Of a DNA stretch of 64,000 bases, positions 50,881 to 64,000 are shown piece after piece. The notes under the pieces were generated by a model. It worked only from the letters and a program-made list of their open reading frames with translations. It was not told the DNA's origin and did no database searches. The stretch is from Schmidtea polychroa (lineage: Eukaryota): positions 89,156,001 to 89,220,000 of the forward strand of contig CM097888.1 in assembly GCA_044892525.1 (NCBI GenBank), read 5' to 3'. The translations under genes were made by a program, and so were the position numbers. Positions within the stretch are counted from its first letter, which is position 1. Every line of letters begins with the position of its first letter.

Positions 50881-52153
50881 CCAGAGATAAAATACACCAT
50901 AAATGCGAAAAATCAAAAAATAACAGATGAGGTTCAGATCAGTCTCAACAAATATTAGGGATTATTGACGCTCGCTGGTGTGACATTGTGATCATGACGC
51001 ACTTTGATATTTTATAGAAGTGTCTGATCAAGTCTTCATTATCACTTATATTGATCTTATTCTATGGTGGAAAGTTATTTATTAATTTATTTATTTATAG
51101 TATTTATATATTCCTAATTTCTAATTATAGTAATTAATTATTTATAATTCTAAATTATTGAAATCTTAGCCCCTTTAATGCTGTCTCTCATCGGACCCAA
51201 CCCCAACAAATATTAATATAGTTTAGCGGTACATATGTATTTATTTAATAATCTATTCGCCATAGGAAGTCGACATAAATAATCTAGAATTATTGAATAA
51301 TATCATATGGTATAAAATAAATATTGAAAATGTATAGTGGTAATCGCATAGAGCATGAAATAAATATTTATTTAAATATTAAAATAATTTTAATCATAAA
51401 TACTATTTACTATTTAAGAAGGCGCATCAAATCATAAATTCACCGGTAACAATAAAAGTCTTATTATCGCTAAAATATTTTAATAGTCAATCTCCAAAAA
51501 TTTTAAAATAATAATTTTGACTGTTCGAGATTCAAAAGAATCTCAGTCATATATATAGTTGAGATCTCACCCTTATTTACGGAGACCTCAACATATTATA
51601 TAACATTATTGATTTTGACTTATATTTAAGGGGGAGTATCTTCATGGAGTTTGGTATAGTCCCTCAATGTTGTCATACACAAAAACAAAATTATTTGTCA
51701 GGCTTCGCATAATTTTATTTTGAGAGGAACTAATTACTTCATTTCTTCCAGTTATCGCTCCAGTTTCCTATATAGCTAAGAGATTATTTATTTGTTTTAA
51801 ATTAATTTGTATTTTTTAAAGATATTTTTATGGTGGTCTCCATTGATTTGATTTTATTATGTGTTCATATCATCATTTGGCATCCCTTTCTTAGGGCAAC
51901 GTCAATATTTAATTTTTTTTATATATTTTAATAAGTTTTGAATGAACAGTAAAAATCAGTAATTGGTGAATATTAAAATTCGAATTTAAATAATTGCTTA
52001 TTTTCATAAAGATATTAAATTTGATTTAATTTAATATTTCGGTTTGTTTTAATATAAATTTCAAGGTTATTTATTAGAAAAATTTATGATTGCATGAAAA
52101 GAGTAATTTAAAATGTAATTTAATTTATTTTTAATCAATTATTTATTGAATAG

Positions 52154-52793
52154 ATCCGTTGTGTAATTCCAAACGATTTATTGTTGCTTTAATTGGATTT
52201 ATTGGCACATTGAATTTGTATTCGATTCGAATGAATTTGAGTGTTGGTATATTATGTATGACGAATCATACTGCAGTTGATCTTCTGGATAATCATAGTT
52301 TCGTTGTGAATAATTTCTCCAATCTCTCCAAGACATCGTGTGCATTATTGGATGAAGCAAAATCCAAGGTTGATCAACTAAATCAAATGATTTGATAGAT
52401 AATAATGATTAGGATGGTGAGTTATTATGGGACAAGAAAACTCGTAGTATTATTCTTGGGGTGTTTTTCTGGGGATATTTGCTGACTCAGATTCCTGCTG
52501 GCATGCTTGTACAACGATTCAGTCCTAAATGGATTCTATTTGGATTTATGTTGCTGTCATCGTTGTCAGTAATGTTCACTCCGTTAGCAGCTCGGATGAG
52601 CGTTGGGTTTATGGTAGCATTGAGAGTGATTTGTGGGCTTTGTTCAGTTATATTTATTGCTTTGTGATTCTCTGCTCAATGAGATATATCTATTTATTGA
52701 TTTAGGAGGTCTGGTTTCCTAGCATTTATCAGCTCTGGTCTCGATGGGCGCCACCTCAGGATCGGTCATTATTGGTTGGGTTGACTAATTCAG
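52154..52793 (+). CDS. SLC17-family (sialin/VGLUT/Na-Pi-like) MFS anion transporter, three 5' exons; remainder not convincingly found
   Basis: KRFIVALIGFIGTLNLYSIRMNLSVGILCMTNHTA | WDKKTRSIILGVFFWGYLLTQIPAGML..LTPLAAR-like..LRVICGL | FPSIYQLWSRWAPPQDRS, joined by short GT-AG introns; ends at a GTGAG donor (52794). Confidence 0.88.
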
Positions 52794-54499
52794 GTGAGCA
52801 TTTCACGCATGATTGGCAAAGGTTTCCATTGGCAAATGCTTATAAATCCAACGGAAGGATGGGGATGGGGGGGGGCTATTCCATTTGCAAATGCATATTT
52901 ATTCATTATTTATATAGATTATCCATTGACATCGATTTGTTTTAATTAAAATCAATTAAATTAATTTGCACAGATTTAAATTTCTGAACAATCTCATAAT
53001 TTGTCAAAGTTTACCGCATTTATTGACTCAATTTGACCGCCCTGATGCGCAATTATTCATTTATATCTGTTTAAAGCTTTCGGTGCCACTCTGACATCCA
53101 TTCCAATCAATCCTTACTGGGAATCTCCAATTTATTAAAGGCCTTCATTTCCCCCATAAATTTATCCTTTATTTGCCTTCATATATATTAAACAGCTTGG
53201 CCATGAATCAGTAGAGATATCGATGCATTTTGATATTGACGGATTGCGCTAGCCTTTACCAAGTGATTTTGATCATTATTTATTGATTTTGGAATATATA
53301 AGGAGAAAATAAATTTATTTCATATTGATATTATTGGTTAATTGAAACAATATTTGACATGGGGAATGCCGAATATTTGCTGTCCAAGGAGTTCCCTAAT
53401 TCATCTGTCACGCTGCATAATTGAAGAATGTATAATGAAAATTGCCCTGTAATATAATATGTGAATTATTTGAATTTTAATCTACAGAAAATGCATTTGC
53501 CTATCTGCCTATGACCAGGATTCATTCCAATGGGTGAACCGGAGCCACATGAAATTTGCACAGTCATTCAGGCTGCCATTTCTAGATCAGCCCTGAATAG
53601 ATGGATCCACTACCGAAACTAATTCTTCCTGAGGGGAAAAGTATGAAGCTAAAATTTATTTTTAACTAGTATTTTTATGTAGGTCACGGAAATTTATATA
53701 TAAAAATCAATTTCAAAACAGTACTCAAACTATACCAACAATAATAAATAAATAGGTAAAGCAGGTAGATATTATCCCTTTGCATCGTGACCATCCTGTG
53801 TAACCCATTCAACCCCAATATAATTAATTTATTCTGGATTACGTAATTTAATTAAAATTAATCCGTTGCATAATTACTTTTTAATGGTTAATTGGCATAT
53901 CACGCTATAGCGAAGGGCTATTTGGACTTCAATTTTCTCAGCCAAAATGAGCTACGGGCTAGTGGGCCTCAGGGTTTATGTCTATGTGAATTGCCCAATA
54001 TATCGAGGCCTATTTTGGGTTAGGGTTTCTGTAATTTATGGTAACATATTTTGTAGGAATGTTGTCAGCTGAGAAATTGAAGCAAATTAGTAAAGTAGCA
54101 ATTTTTATAAATTAAAGAAACAATTTAAAATCAAGTAAATTAACAATTTATAAATTGAGCAGGGTGAAATAGAATTTGAAAAAGTAAAATATTTTGAAGA
54201 AATTTTGTCTGAAAAAGAATTTTTAAAACAATTTTCAATGAAATAAATTTTTGTGAAAATATTTCAAGTGAATAATAATAACCAATAAATAACCAACAAT
54301 CACCTACTAATTACAGGATATCAACTTCCAGATACCAACAACTCCTTACTAACAAACACATAAAGAAATAACACAAAATCCATAATAAACTTTATTCTTC
54401 ATCACTGGCTTATAATAACCTCGTCTTAATTAATCCAGTAATTAACCTTTTCCTTGCAATAGTCTCGGAAGTATCGACATTTCATCTTTGATGGATCAC

Positions 54500-54830
54500 T
54501 ACAAACCATAAACTCTTCTAAACATTTCATATCTTTTTCTGATTCGTAGTGCATACGAACAATTTCTAAGTAATAAGGTTTTCAATTTTTCTCCTATTAA
54601 AATATTTGAATAACTAACTTCATTCATGTATTTTCTTTATTAACGTGTAACGGCTCTCCCTCTCGCATCATCTTAATTTTTTATTTCTTGTTTGATCAAT
54701 ATTGCATATCCCAATTCGAAATTCTAATAGGTTTTCATTGTGTTTAAGTTTTCTCTTTTTCCTTCTATACTCTTCATAATGTCTTTATCCATTTTCATAT
54801 TGTTGAGGATACCTAATAATAAATAGCATA
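54500..54830 (-). mobile_element. Gypsy integrase C-terminal remnant (its right part is the copy of 1-190)
   Basis: Reads FELGYAILIKQEIKN*DDAR then, with a frameshift, ..YTLIKKIHE, resembling the GPY/F module downstream of the integrase core. It crosses position 54643 without a break. Confidence 0.45.
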
Positions 54831-55589
54831 ATAAATAAGTAAATTACCTGGGGAAAAAACGTCATGAAAAACGAGACGATCTATGGAAACTCAGAGAAGA
54901 AAACGGAAGTAAAAAGAAATGAAAAATGAGAAAGATAAATCAAATAAAAGAAAAAAAACAAGAAATTTAATTACAAAGTACAAACGAAGAAGAAATTTTA
55001 AATTGCAGAAAAAACAAAAAAATATGGTGAAGCCGTTTCTTGACAGCCGCTCAAAGATAGCGAAATGGCATGAAAAGTCTGCACAACATGAAAAGTAAAA
55101 AACAGGGCATATCTCGACATCTGTCTGAGATAAGGCTGACGTAGCGGGGAATACATAGGAAAATGAAAATGGAAAACAAAATCTGTCTCCAATGCCACAA
55201 AGAAATTGCCCAAGAAATCAGACAAAAACCGAGACGATAAGAGTTAGAAGTAGAGTTAAATTTAGATTAAAAAGGAGAATAAAAGACAGAATTTAAAGGA
55301 ACAATTAAAGAGAGAATTAAACAGAGTTTAGAACAGCGCGAAACTAGGAGTGACGAGAATCTTTTGTAAAATTATATATAAAGTGGAATTGGTGTAAATA
55401 AATTTTGGGTCAAAGCAAATAGAACAATCGATCAACGTACCCGTGGTTGACGGCTAGTGATTATTGTTGTCGAAATAAGCTCTGTGTGATTAACTTGTTT
55501 ATAGTTAATTGGTTGTAATTGGAATTTGTACGATCAGGGTGAATATTAATAAAGCTTATCGTATTCGAGAGTGCTAATTTGTGAATTAA

Positions 55590-56940
55590 TAAACACGCTT
55601 TGGAGTTAGAGTAAAATTTTGAATTCACAAACATTGTCACCAAACCAATAACTCAACAATATTCTTGTTGCATTACATTCCATCAATTTTCTATCAGATG
55701 GGCCTCCTTCCGTTGCTTTTGAACTGTTGCATTTAGTGTTTATTCTGTCTGTTGTAGTAAATCATTCCAGTATTTTCTTGCTCCTTCATATAGTTAGGCG
55801 TTAACATACTCTATGATCCCTCGGAAAAGTCTTTTAATAATGCTATTCGTCTTCTGCTGATATGGGCTTGAAAATATTAGTTCAATTCCATCAACGCCTG
55901 TTAATTGCTTTATAATTTTTGTCTCGAAGTTCTTTCCACTATTTACATGAAGTTCTTATAGAGTTCCGAATTCTAATATCCACTTATTTAACAATGTTTC
56001 AAATATTGTTTTTTATTTTAGTTTGTTTATTGTTTGTACCTACACCCGAGTTCAAAACATCAAATCAATAAATAATTGTACCGACTACAACGGTTAGGGC
56101 CACCAGCAAAGCCTTTTTTCAGAATAGTACGAAAAGAATAGTTTCAGAGGGTGAGGGATTGCACGGATAGCGGATCAATCGAATGATATGCGAAATCAAT
56201 CACAGATTCGCAATTTATAAAAGCAAATTAATATGTTGGGTTTTGTGATACTAAAAATCAACCGTTGGTTACTCTGACTCCACGTGTTCCAAAAATCAAT
56301 AAACACAAACTCCCAACGTATGTTTTGTATTATACCAAATCTACAAATCTTAATAAATAATTACACATTTTAGTTCACCATGATTTTGCTCACAATTTCC
56401 AATCTAACTATGCTCTGGAAGGTCTCGACCTTGTGCGAATAAAAATAAGTTTCACTTTTTTATTTGATTCCACCCTTTGATCCGAACTCTTTTAATACTC
56501 AATACTCCTTTTCTAACTTTTCAGTTCCTCTTATAATTCCCTTTATTCTTGACTTTGTTCCTAAAATTCCTATTGTCGGTTTCTTCTTCACTACCTAAAG
56601 CTATTGCCGATTATCTGTATTTGGAGTTTCCTTATATACTTCCATAATCGTTGTAATTGCTCCATTTTGACCTAATTGGTTTTGACTTTTAATTTTCAGT
56701 TGATCTTCTTCGTAATTCCCCCTCTTTTGTTTACCGTCGTTTATCCCATTTGTTTATCTTCAAATTGCCACGCTCGGGTTCTCCATTGGCTTGGGCTTCC
56801 TATTAGCTTGGGTTTTTCATTAGCCAATTATTTTATTAATATTTTGTGTTTTTTCATATTTGCCTGTCTTACGACCCTTTCTAACATTTTCTTGCTCACT
56901 GTTTTCTTCACCATACCCTAATCTACCTCTCTCCCGTTTC
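55590..56940 (-). mobile_element. Duplicate of the Gypsy integrase remnant at 950-2300
   Basis: Same sequence at +54,642. Confidence 0.8.
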
Positions 56941-59900
56941 CCAGTTTCAATTTCGGTAACATTTCACTTTATTCCACTTTCTCAAGTTTGCGCATTTTTC
57001 CATTTCGTGTCTGATTGTACCCTTCTATAGTTCTGTTTTTGTCATATCTTTCTTTGCCATTACTTCTCTGCTAGACCACCATTCAATTTCGGTTTTCCTT
57101 TTACTCTGAACTATTCGATTTGATATAATTTAATAATATACTTTTAAAACCTCAACAAATATAAACATTTAGAAATTATTTAAATATTTAAAAATCGCCA
57201 TATTTGCCAGAGTATATACATGCGCATTTTGGTCACAATTTAATGAATTCTATGCGAAAAAAGTATTTTATGTAACCAATTAGGAAAAGATGAGTAATTT
57301 TTGTATTCTGTTGGGTATGTGGGGAGGAAAGAAAATTTTCAGTACATGACATACAACTGGCCTAGCTCGCTCAGTTCACTTTCCCAACATATCCGTGATG
57401 ACCTTCCTGATATCGCTCATGTGTACCCGTGATGATGTTCATACGTTGGTGATGTGCACATGGGTTGGAGTTCACTAACAGGTGAGCCCCTGCCTTAGGA
57501 CTACTATTAGCTCACCCACGGTTCGGGTTCTAAGGTGCCGTAGAAGGACTTACCCATGCTTTTATACATAACTCGGTACGACCCTGGTCCAAGGGGACGA
57601 CCCTCATCTGATGACTTACATTCAATTTATCATTTAAGTCATGCAATTCACTTAATAACCTCGTAAATAACTCATTAAATGCCAAGAAAAATTATATTAA
57701 TTCAACAAAACACACGAATTACAACGACTTGTTACACCGATGATTATAAAGCAGAGGAAAACATACAGACAGATTATCAGACGATGCTGAGGATCTTTTT
57801 CAGAGGAAATGAATTTGAAGTTGGTGCTGCTCCAGATCACGGGAAAACTTCCCCTTCAGCTATCATTTCATCTATGTCCACGGGTAGTCGGCGATCTGCA
57901 ATGCACTTTATACCGTCGGCCGGAACTACCCGGAATACTTCCTTGGTTGGAATTGAATGTGATATGGTGATCTCTTTGATGGTAGACTGGGCCACTGACA
58001 GCGAAACTTCCATTTATAATTTGGAATGCGAGTTTTATAATTTTACCAATCCATCTATTCAGTAATGACTCACCAATCCGTACCGTTTGTTAATACTCAC
58101 ATTCATTCAATCTCAAACGTTCAAGTTAATTCACCCAATTCTTGCAATTTTGTGAAATGAAAACGGGAATTCTCAAAAACAATTTATTTATCATAACTTC
58201 AACTTGTATGTTTATTTTACGGGTTTGACTATTTCTAACTAATGTACGATTATATATTCATTACTGTGAACTCTATTATCTTTATTATCTTTGTTATATT
58301 TTAACAATTAAGTTTTTACTCATTGCGCTACTACGTTATTAAATTATGCGTGCACTGTATTATGAAAGTAAAGTTCGGTATTGTAGAGGTCTCTTTGCAT
58401 TATACTAAGGCCGATCGATTTGTAAAAGAATCAGAATATATTCATTTAAATTTAATTATCTTAAATTTTACGCCATAGAGGTTGTCATAGTGACGCCTAA
58501 ATCGTGTGCAATTATGTGTAAATGTTATTATCTATTTATACTAACAAATATCGTCTGGTCCGTCGCGATGCATGTTTATATAATTAATGATCAACTTGTA
58601 CTCTTGAAATAATCTAATAGTTCTGCTATTTTCAAATGACGAAATCTAATTGTCTACTCATACATGCAGCCTTACTATTTCACTCACTACAATTATGTAA
58701 CAGTGGTGTCAACATACTCATTGCGATCGAACTAGGTGCGATACATGCGTGTCATTGTGTGTAGCGATTAATAGATATGACATTGCAGGCGGATTCTCCA
58801 GATAGGTCAGAATTACAGTTGATGTTTCCGAAAACTCAAAAATCTAATTGCGTGGGTTACTCATGAATCTAGTAGATAAAATTAATTCTATTTTCAGATT
58901 TTCTCTGTTATGTTGACTCATGATATGGACTGTCAACTCATTCGCTCGTCGGCCTCTTCCCACACTCGATGCACTAGAGTCCTTATTAGACCATTACTGC
59001 CGGTCTACAGTGGCTAAGCTTAATCTACATGTAGAATGATGTAGAACCGATGATTATTCCCTATCGCTGCCGACAGTTTCTTTCGGGCTTATGGTAAGTA
59101 ATTTAATTTATTATCGAGAATTGTTTACCTTCCTATCTTAGGGCGAGTTATTATCGATGACAGGCTAGACACAGTCTGATTATCAAGTCGATTTGGAGCC
59201 GAATAAAAATCAAGACGATGAATCTATTCGCCAACGTCCTGGCGATGCAAATCCTTGGAAAATAATCATAATGTCTAATGCGAAACCTGTTGGAATTCTC
59301 GTGAAAATGATGATCTCTCTTAACGGATGTTTAGACAACTACTTTTCGAGATGTAAGAAGTAATCAGTCCTAAATCGAAGCTCAGTAAAAATGCGATTGG
59401 ATATAGTGCTGATGATTTTCGACTCGTACTTTTTCTGGAACTTCTCAACATATTCATCAAATCATATAACTGCTAGTATGCAATGAACAATCTTTTCGAC
59501 GTGGCCGATCTCACTCGGTGAATGAACCTCCGGCATCTTATGTAGTCATATCTCTCGGGGTCTCCTCACCCCTCATGACCCACCCAAGAACAGTACGCAT
59601 TGCTGCCCACCGCTCTTAGACCGTCATGAAGGACGAATCGACCCAATCAATATGTATCAAATGAGAAACAAATGTAACAAAATTTCACTGAGGATATTAT
59701 TAAATAAATAAATGACTATTTACCTGGCGATCGTTTCATTGTCCATTCGTTTATTAATCCAAACCTCACAAGCCTCCATCATGGCTGATATCTCTCGAAT
59801 TTCTAATTTCTTGATTTTCGAAAAATTATTCGGATTTATATTTATACTCATTTCCATCACACCAGAAGCTCCCAGAGGACATCGTCGCCAGCACCATGAA

Positions 59901-61040
59901 GAAAAAGAAAATCTGTTTGTAATGAATAAATTTATTATTATTAAATTATCAATTGGATATCATTTCAAAATAAAATCTAAATATACATAAGTAAACTAAA
60001 TGATAACCCTTACCAAATTTCTTCCTCGAGGATGTCGAAAAATTATGATCGAAAGTATCTCAGATTGTTTGTTAAAACTAATGTTCTGTTCATATTAACT
60101 TCGTTCCCTGTCCGATCTAAATTTGATTCCTGTCAATAATTTGTGAAGTCTCGTTCGAAGTGATTCCGGTCTGTAGATTAATAGTGGTTCCTGTAGAGTT
60201 TTGGTTAAAAGTGGTACTCTACTGATTTTTCGCGTTTCTTATATACTATTTTTCGTCTAATCAGGACTCGATTAGTTTGTAATTTTACTATTTATTATTA
60301 TTTTCATGTTTTTTATTATAATATCGTGAATTTTAGTGACCTTATTTTATTTTTATTATTATTCTATTATTTTCTTAATGTTTATTGTTTTTCTCTTATT
60401 TTCCAATAGATCTATCGTCGTTTTATTGCGATACAATTTTTTGTTTTAATTAGCTTACAAATTTATTGAGGAATTGTTTTTATTTTTATTTTATTTCTTT
60501 AATTTCTTATTTATTTACCTTAAATTTTTGCTATTCTATTTCCCCTTTATTTGTTATGCGCATTAGGTAGTTTCCTTTTTGCCTTATTTTTAATTTTAAG
60601 GGTTTTATTATTTTATTAATTATTCCTATTTCTTTTATTGGTATTTTGTTTGTTTCTTCATATATATTATTGAGGTTTTCGGTAGAATTTATTGTTATCT
60701 TATTCTATTATTCCGTGGGATTCCTTTCTTCTTGATTCATTTCTCGGCATCCTCAAGACTTGGCCCAACAAATCACTCCGGGGCCCGTTAAAATTGCGTC
60801 CCACAATTCATATAATATTATACACCATAATCCAGTTATCATGCATCATACTCACATAACTCATAAATCAAAATCAAGAATAAAATAAAATAACTAGTTA
60901 GTACTTAAATTAAATCAGCTAAATGGCAAAATACAGATAAGCAGTGGCCACTTAAGGTGACCAGTTTTTATAAAGAAAATAACAAAACATCAATTAGTCA
61001 ATATACACAGTGAATCACGTCGTAATGTTATGACTGTTAC

Positions 61041-63301
61041 TCAATTGGCTTCTGACGATGGTTGATCTGACTGTGGGGGTTCGACATTGTAGTAAACTCG
61101 GCGACTTGTAGAGGGTCTGACTGATTCAGCGATAGAGGTTCGATGTTGCAAGTTTGCCCGGATTATATTAGCCATGCTGGCTTCTTGGGGCCTTCTATAT
61201 GGCCTTTCTTGTACGGGGTGGCTTTTCTTCCAGGTTTTATAGATGGTGTATAATTTGAGGAGGGTGATTATTGCGATTAGGGTGGTTTCGGCGATTACCA
61301 CATATAGGAGGTCATGAGTGTCGTTTGTTTCACTCGGGCTCTCGATTTTTTCGACTGGGTTCTGTAGCTCCTGATGTTGGACTCGTTGTTCTAATTGATC
61401 GAATTGATGGATCTGTCCCAGGATTCTTTATCGATGATTTTACATATTGGGTTATCAGTGCACATCAGTCGGATGTTATTGACATAATTTCAGGTTGCTC
61501 GAATGTTGTTAATGAGGTTGGTTTTTACTGCGTTTGGATATATACATGGCTGGATTGTTTGTTCGGTTTTTGGTTTGGTTCTCTGTGGTCTCGGATCTTT
61601 TCCAGCTGGGAGTTCACTGGTTGTCACTTTGTCAGATTGATGGTTATCATCATCATCATTACGACCGCTTCATATTTCATTGCACTATTCTACAACTAAT
61701 TATCCTTTATATTCATTTATATACACCGCGTTTTATCCGATTTAATTTTGATGTTTCTTATTAGTGTCTTTCTCTCTGATCTGCATCAGTTTGGATTCTG
61801 CCTTTATGACCCTGTGTCGGAGTTCGGGTAGTACTTTCAACTGTCTTTCTTTTTCACGGACTTCCTCTTTTAGGTGTCTTATCTCTTTCTTTAGTGTTCT
61901 AATCTCTTTCCTTTTTTTTCAAGATTCTGTCCCAGTTCTATTGTAGAAAATCGTTTTCTTCTGGGTCATTTTTCCCTTGTTTTTGTTTCTGGTGTATACT
62001 TTGAATTGTATAGATACAGACTTATTAATTATTATAGACAAAAATATTAATTATTATTGACAAAAATATTAATTTTTATAGACAAAAATATTAATATTTA
62101 TAGACAAAAATATTAATTATTATAGACAAAAATATTAACATTTATAAACAAATATATTAATATTTATAAACAAAAATTTAATGTTCATAGACACATCATT
62201 AAAAATTAACGACCAAAATATTCTTTATATATACAATCTTAATTGCCATGGGCGTTCAATTGTTATATTTCTAAAATGTTTCTAAGAACGACTATTCTTG
62301 CTGGCATGTTCTTCGGACTGTAGCCATAATTTCTTGTACAATGGAGATTCAACCCGGTTTCATCAAGAAACAACAAATCTTCATCATTTTTGAGCCTATA
62401 CCGAATTGCATAATTTTTGCGTGTGTTGATAACTTGACTGGAATTTTTTCGATCTACAATCTTTACTAGTCGCTTTTTAGTTAATTCCAGCTTCTTTAGA
62501 TGATTTGAAATCGTAGGTTGACTTAGACGAATGCCTTGTATTTCAAGGCAGTGTGACATCCCGCGTTGGGTCAAATTGGGATCATTTGCAACAATTTCGG
62601 CCAGTGTCACTTGTTGGGTTGTCAATTCTGCTCTTTGGCGACCCGGTGGTTTTATGAGTGTGCCCAGGTCCGCTTCACTACCGGTATATGAAGATAGTCT
62701 TTCAATCCACCTGTAAACAGTTTTAGATGAAAGATTTAAATCTTCCGTTATGTTCTTGGCTGTTCTACCCCGTAAAAGCATGTTACGCATATTTCTCAGT
62801 GTTTCTACCGTTACTGTTGTTCTTCTTTTAGGACCATCCTGGCTTGTTTCAGAGTTTTCAATGTTTGTGCGTAAAAATGTCATGTGATGGTTTTTTTTTA
62901 ATTGAAAATAGTAATAATACACCCCAATCAATAATAATTGACATTAACTATATTTATCTATATTTTAACTGAATTCATAATGTATTACACATTAAATGAA
63001 TGTTTTTAGTCTATAGTTGTTTTTTTGTCGATGCGTGTTATTATTTTTGTCTATGGTTATTAATATTTTTGTCTATAAATAATAATATTTTTGTCTATAA
63101 ATATTAATATTTTTGTCTATAATAATTAATATTTTTGTCTATAATAATTAATAAGTCTGTAATAAAGACATTATTTCGTAAGATTTATCTTTAATTTTTA
63201 ATAAAATCTGACTTACATTATATCGAAATAATTCCAACAAAATCCTTAAAAACCATTTATTAAAATGGCTAAAATAGTTAATCGTAAATTAACTATTTCA
63301 T
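61041..63301 (-). pseudogene. Duplicate of the broken type I membrane protein gene
   Basis: Same sequence at +54,642. Confidence 0.55.
62017..63159 (-). mobile_element. Duplicate of the deleted Tc1/IS630-like element
   Basis: Same termini and ORF (62263-62931) at +54,642. Confidence 0.92.
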
Positions 63302-63862
63302 CACTGTAATTATGATACTGTAGTGACTGTAGTGACGCATCTATAATTGGTTAGAGTATGACTCTATTACACTCTCGATAGATCTCATACGATATCTCTA
63401 ATGTTGGAAGGTGATTACTAATGTATAGAAAATTCACATTCAAATTATTAACTATAACAAATATGATTATATTAATAATTTAATCATACAGAACTTAAAA
63501 AATTGGATGCCAAAAAATGATATGAATACAGATATAATCAAATCAATCAGCGGAGACTACCATAAAATTAATTTCAAAAAATACCAATTAATTAAAAAAA
63601 TTAAGTTATTACAGTATATAGCCTGCATACGCAGATAAATAAACCCTTTGGTTTTAAAGTTTTGTGCAAAAATTAACCAATATAGTAAATTGATCAATAC
63701 GTGTAAAAAAGGATTATATAACCCACGCCCATATATACCTCGAATCCCCCTTGTGGATCATGTAAAATTCGGTATAACCCATGGGTTATATGTCAGAAAA
63801 TAAGGTAGTTCCTCTTTTCACTAAGATGCACCACCAATAAAATAAGAAAAAATCAATAATGT

Positions 63863-63934
<72 letters not shown>

Positions 63935-64000
63935 TTAATCCTATGTTAGTCTTCCCAAGTGCAATGAAATAGAAAAAGGGAGAGAAAATTTAAATACTGC

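Larger units (their letters stand above)
54643..64000 (+). repeat. Copy 2 of the large direct duplication (matches 1-9316, runs off the window end)
   Basis: Starts ACGTGTAACGGCTCTCCC as at position 1 and matches to the last base (TAAATACTGC = 9307-9316). Confidence 0.97.

Overview
AT-rich eukaryotic genomic DNA with very short spliceosomal introns (predicted 24-73 nt). This suggests a compact-genome animal; a myxozoan cnidarian is my guess, not a demonstrated assignment. The window is two nested duplications: bases 1-9316 recur almost identically at 54643-64000 (offset 54,642), and inside that unit ~14.0-30.4 kb is repeated at ~31.5-50.5 kb with a near-identical core and more diverged flanks. 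Transposons: an intact DD34E Tc1/IS630-like element with its empty site in the paralogous copy, a deleted Tc1/IS630-like element, a hAT-like element with 8-bp TSD, and MULE, hAT, Gypsy and Penelope remnants. Host genes are mostly broken: a LamG-EGF type I membrane gene (neurexin/Caspr-like, two copies), a tyrosine-kinase ghost, a mucin-like type I membrane gene, and the 5' exons of an SLC17 transporter. I found no rRNA, tRNA or CRISPR array and cannot claim a proven new system. The most interesting signals are the duplication and homogenisation architecture around broken surface-protein genes, a homotypic AP-1-type site cluster, and an inverted-repeat-flanked Penelope fragment with a templated patch. 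All alignments and translations were done by eye; coordinates of degenerate features are approximate.
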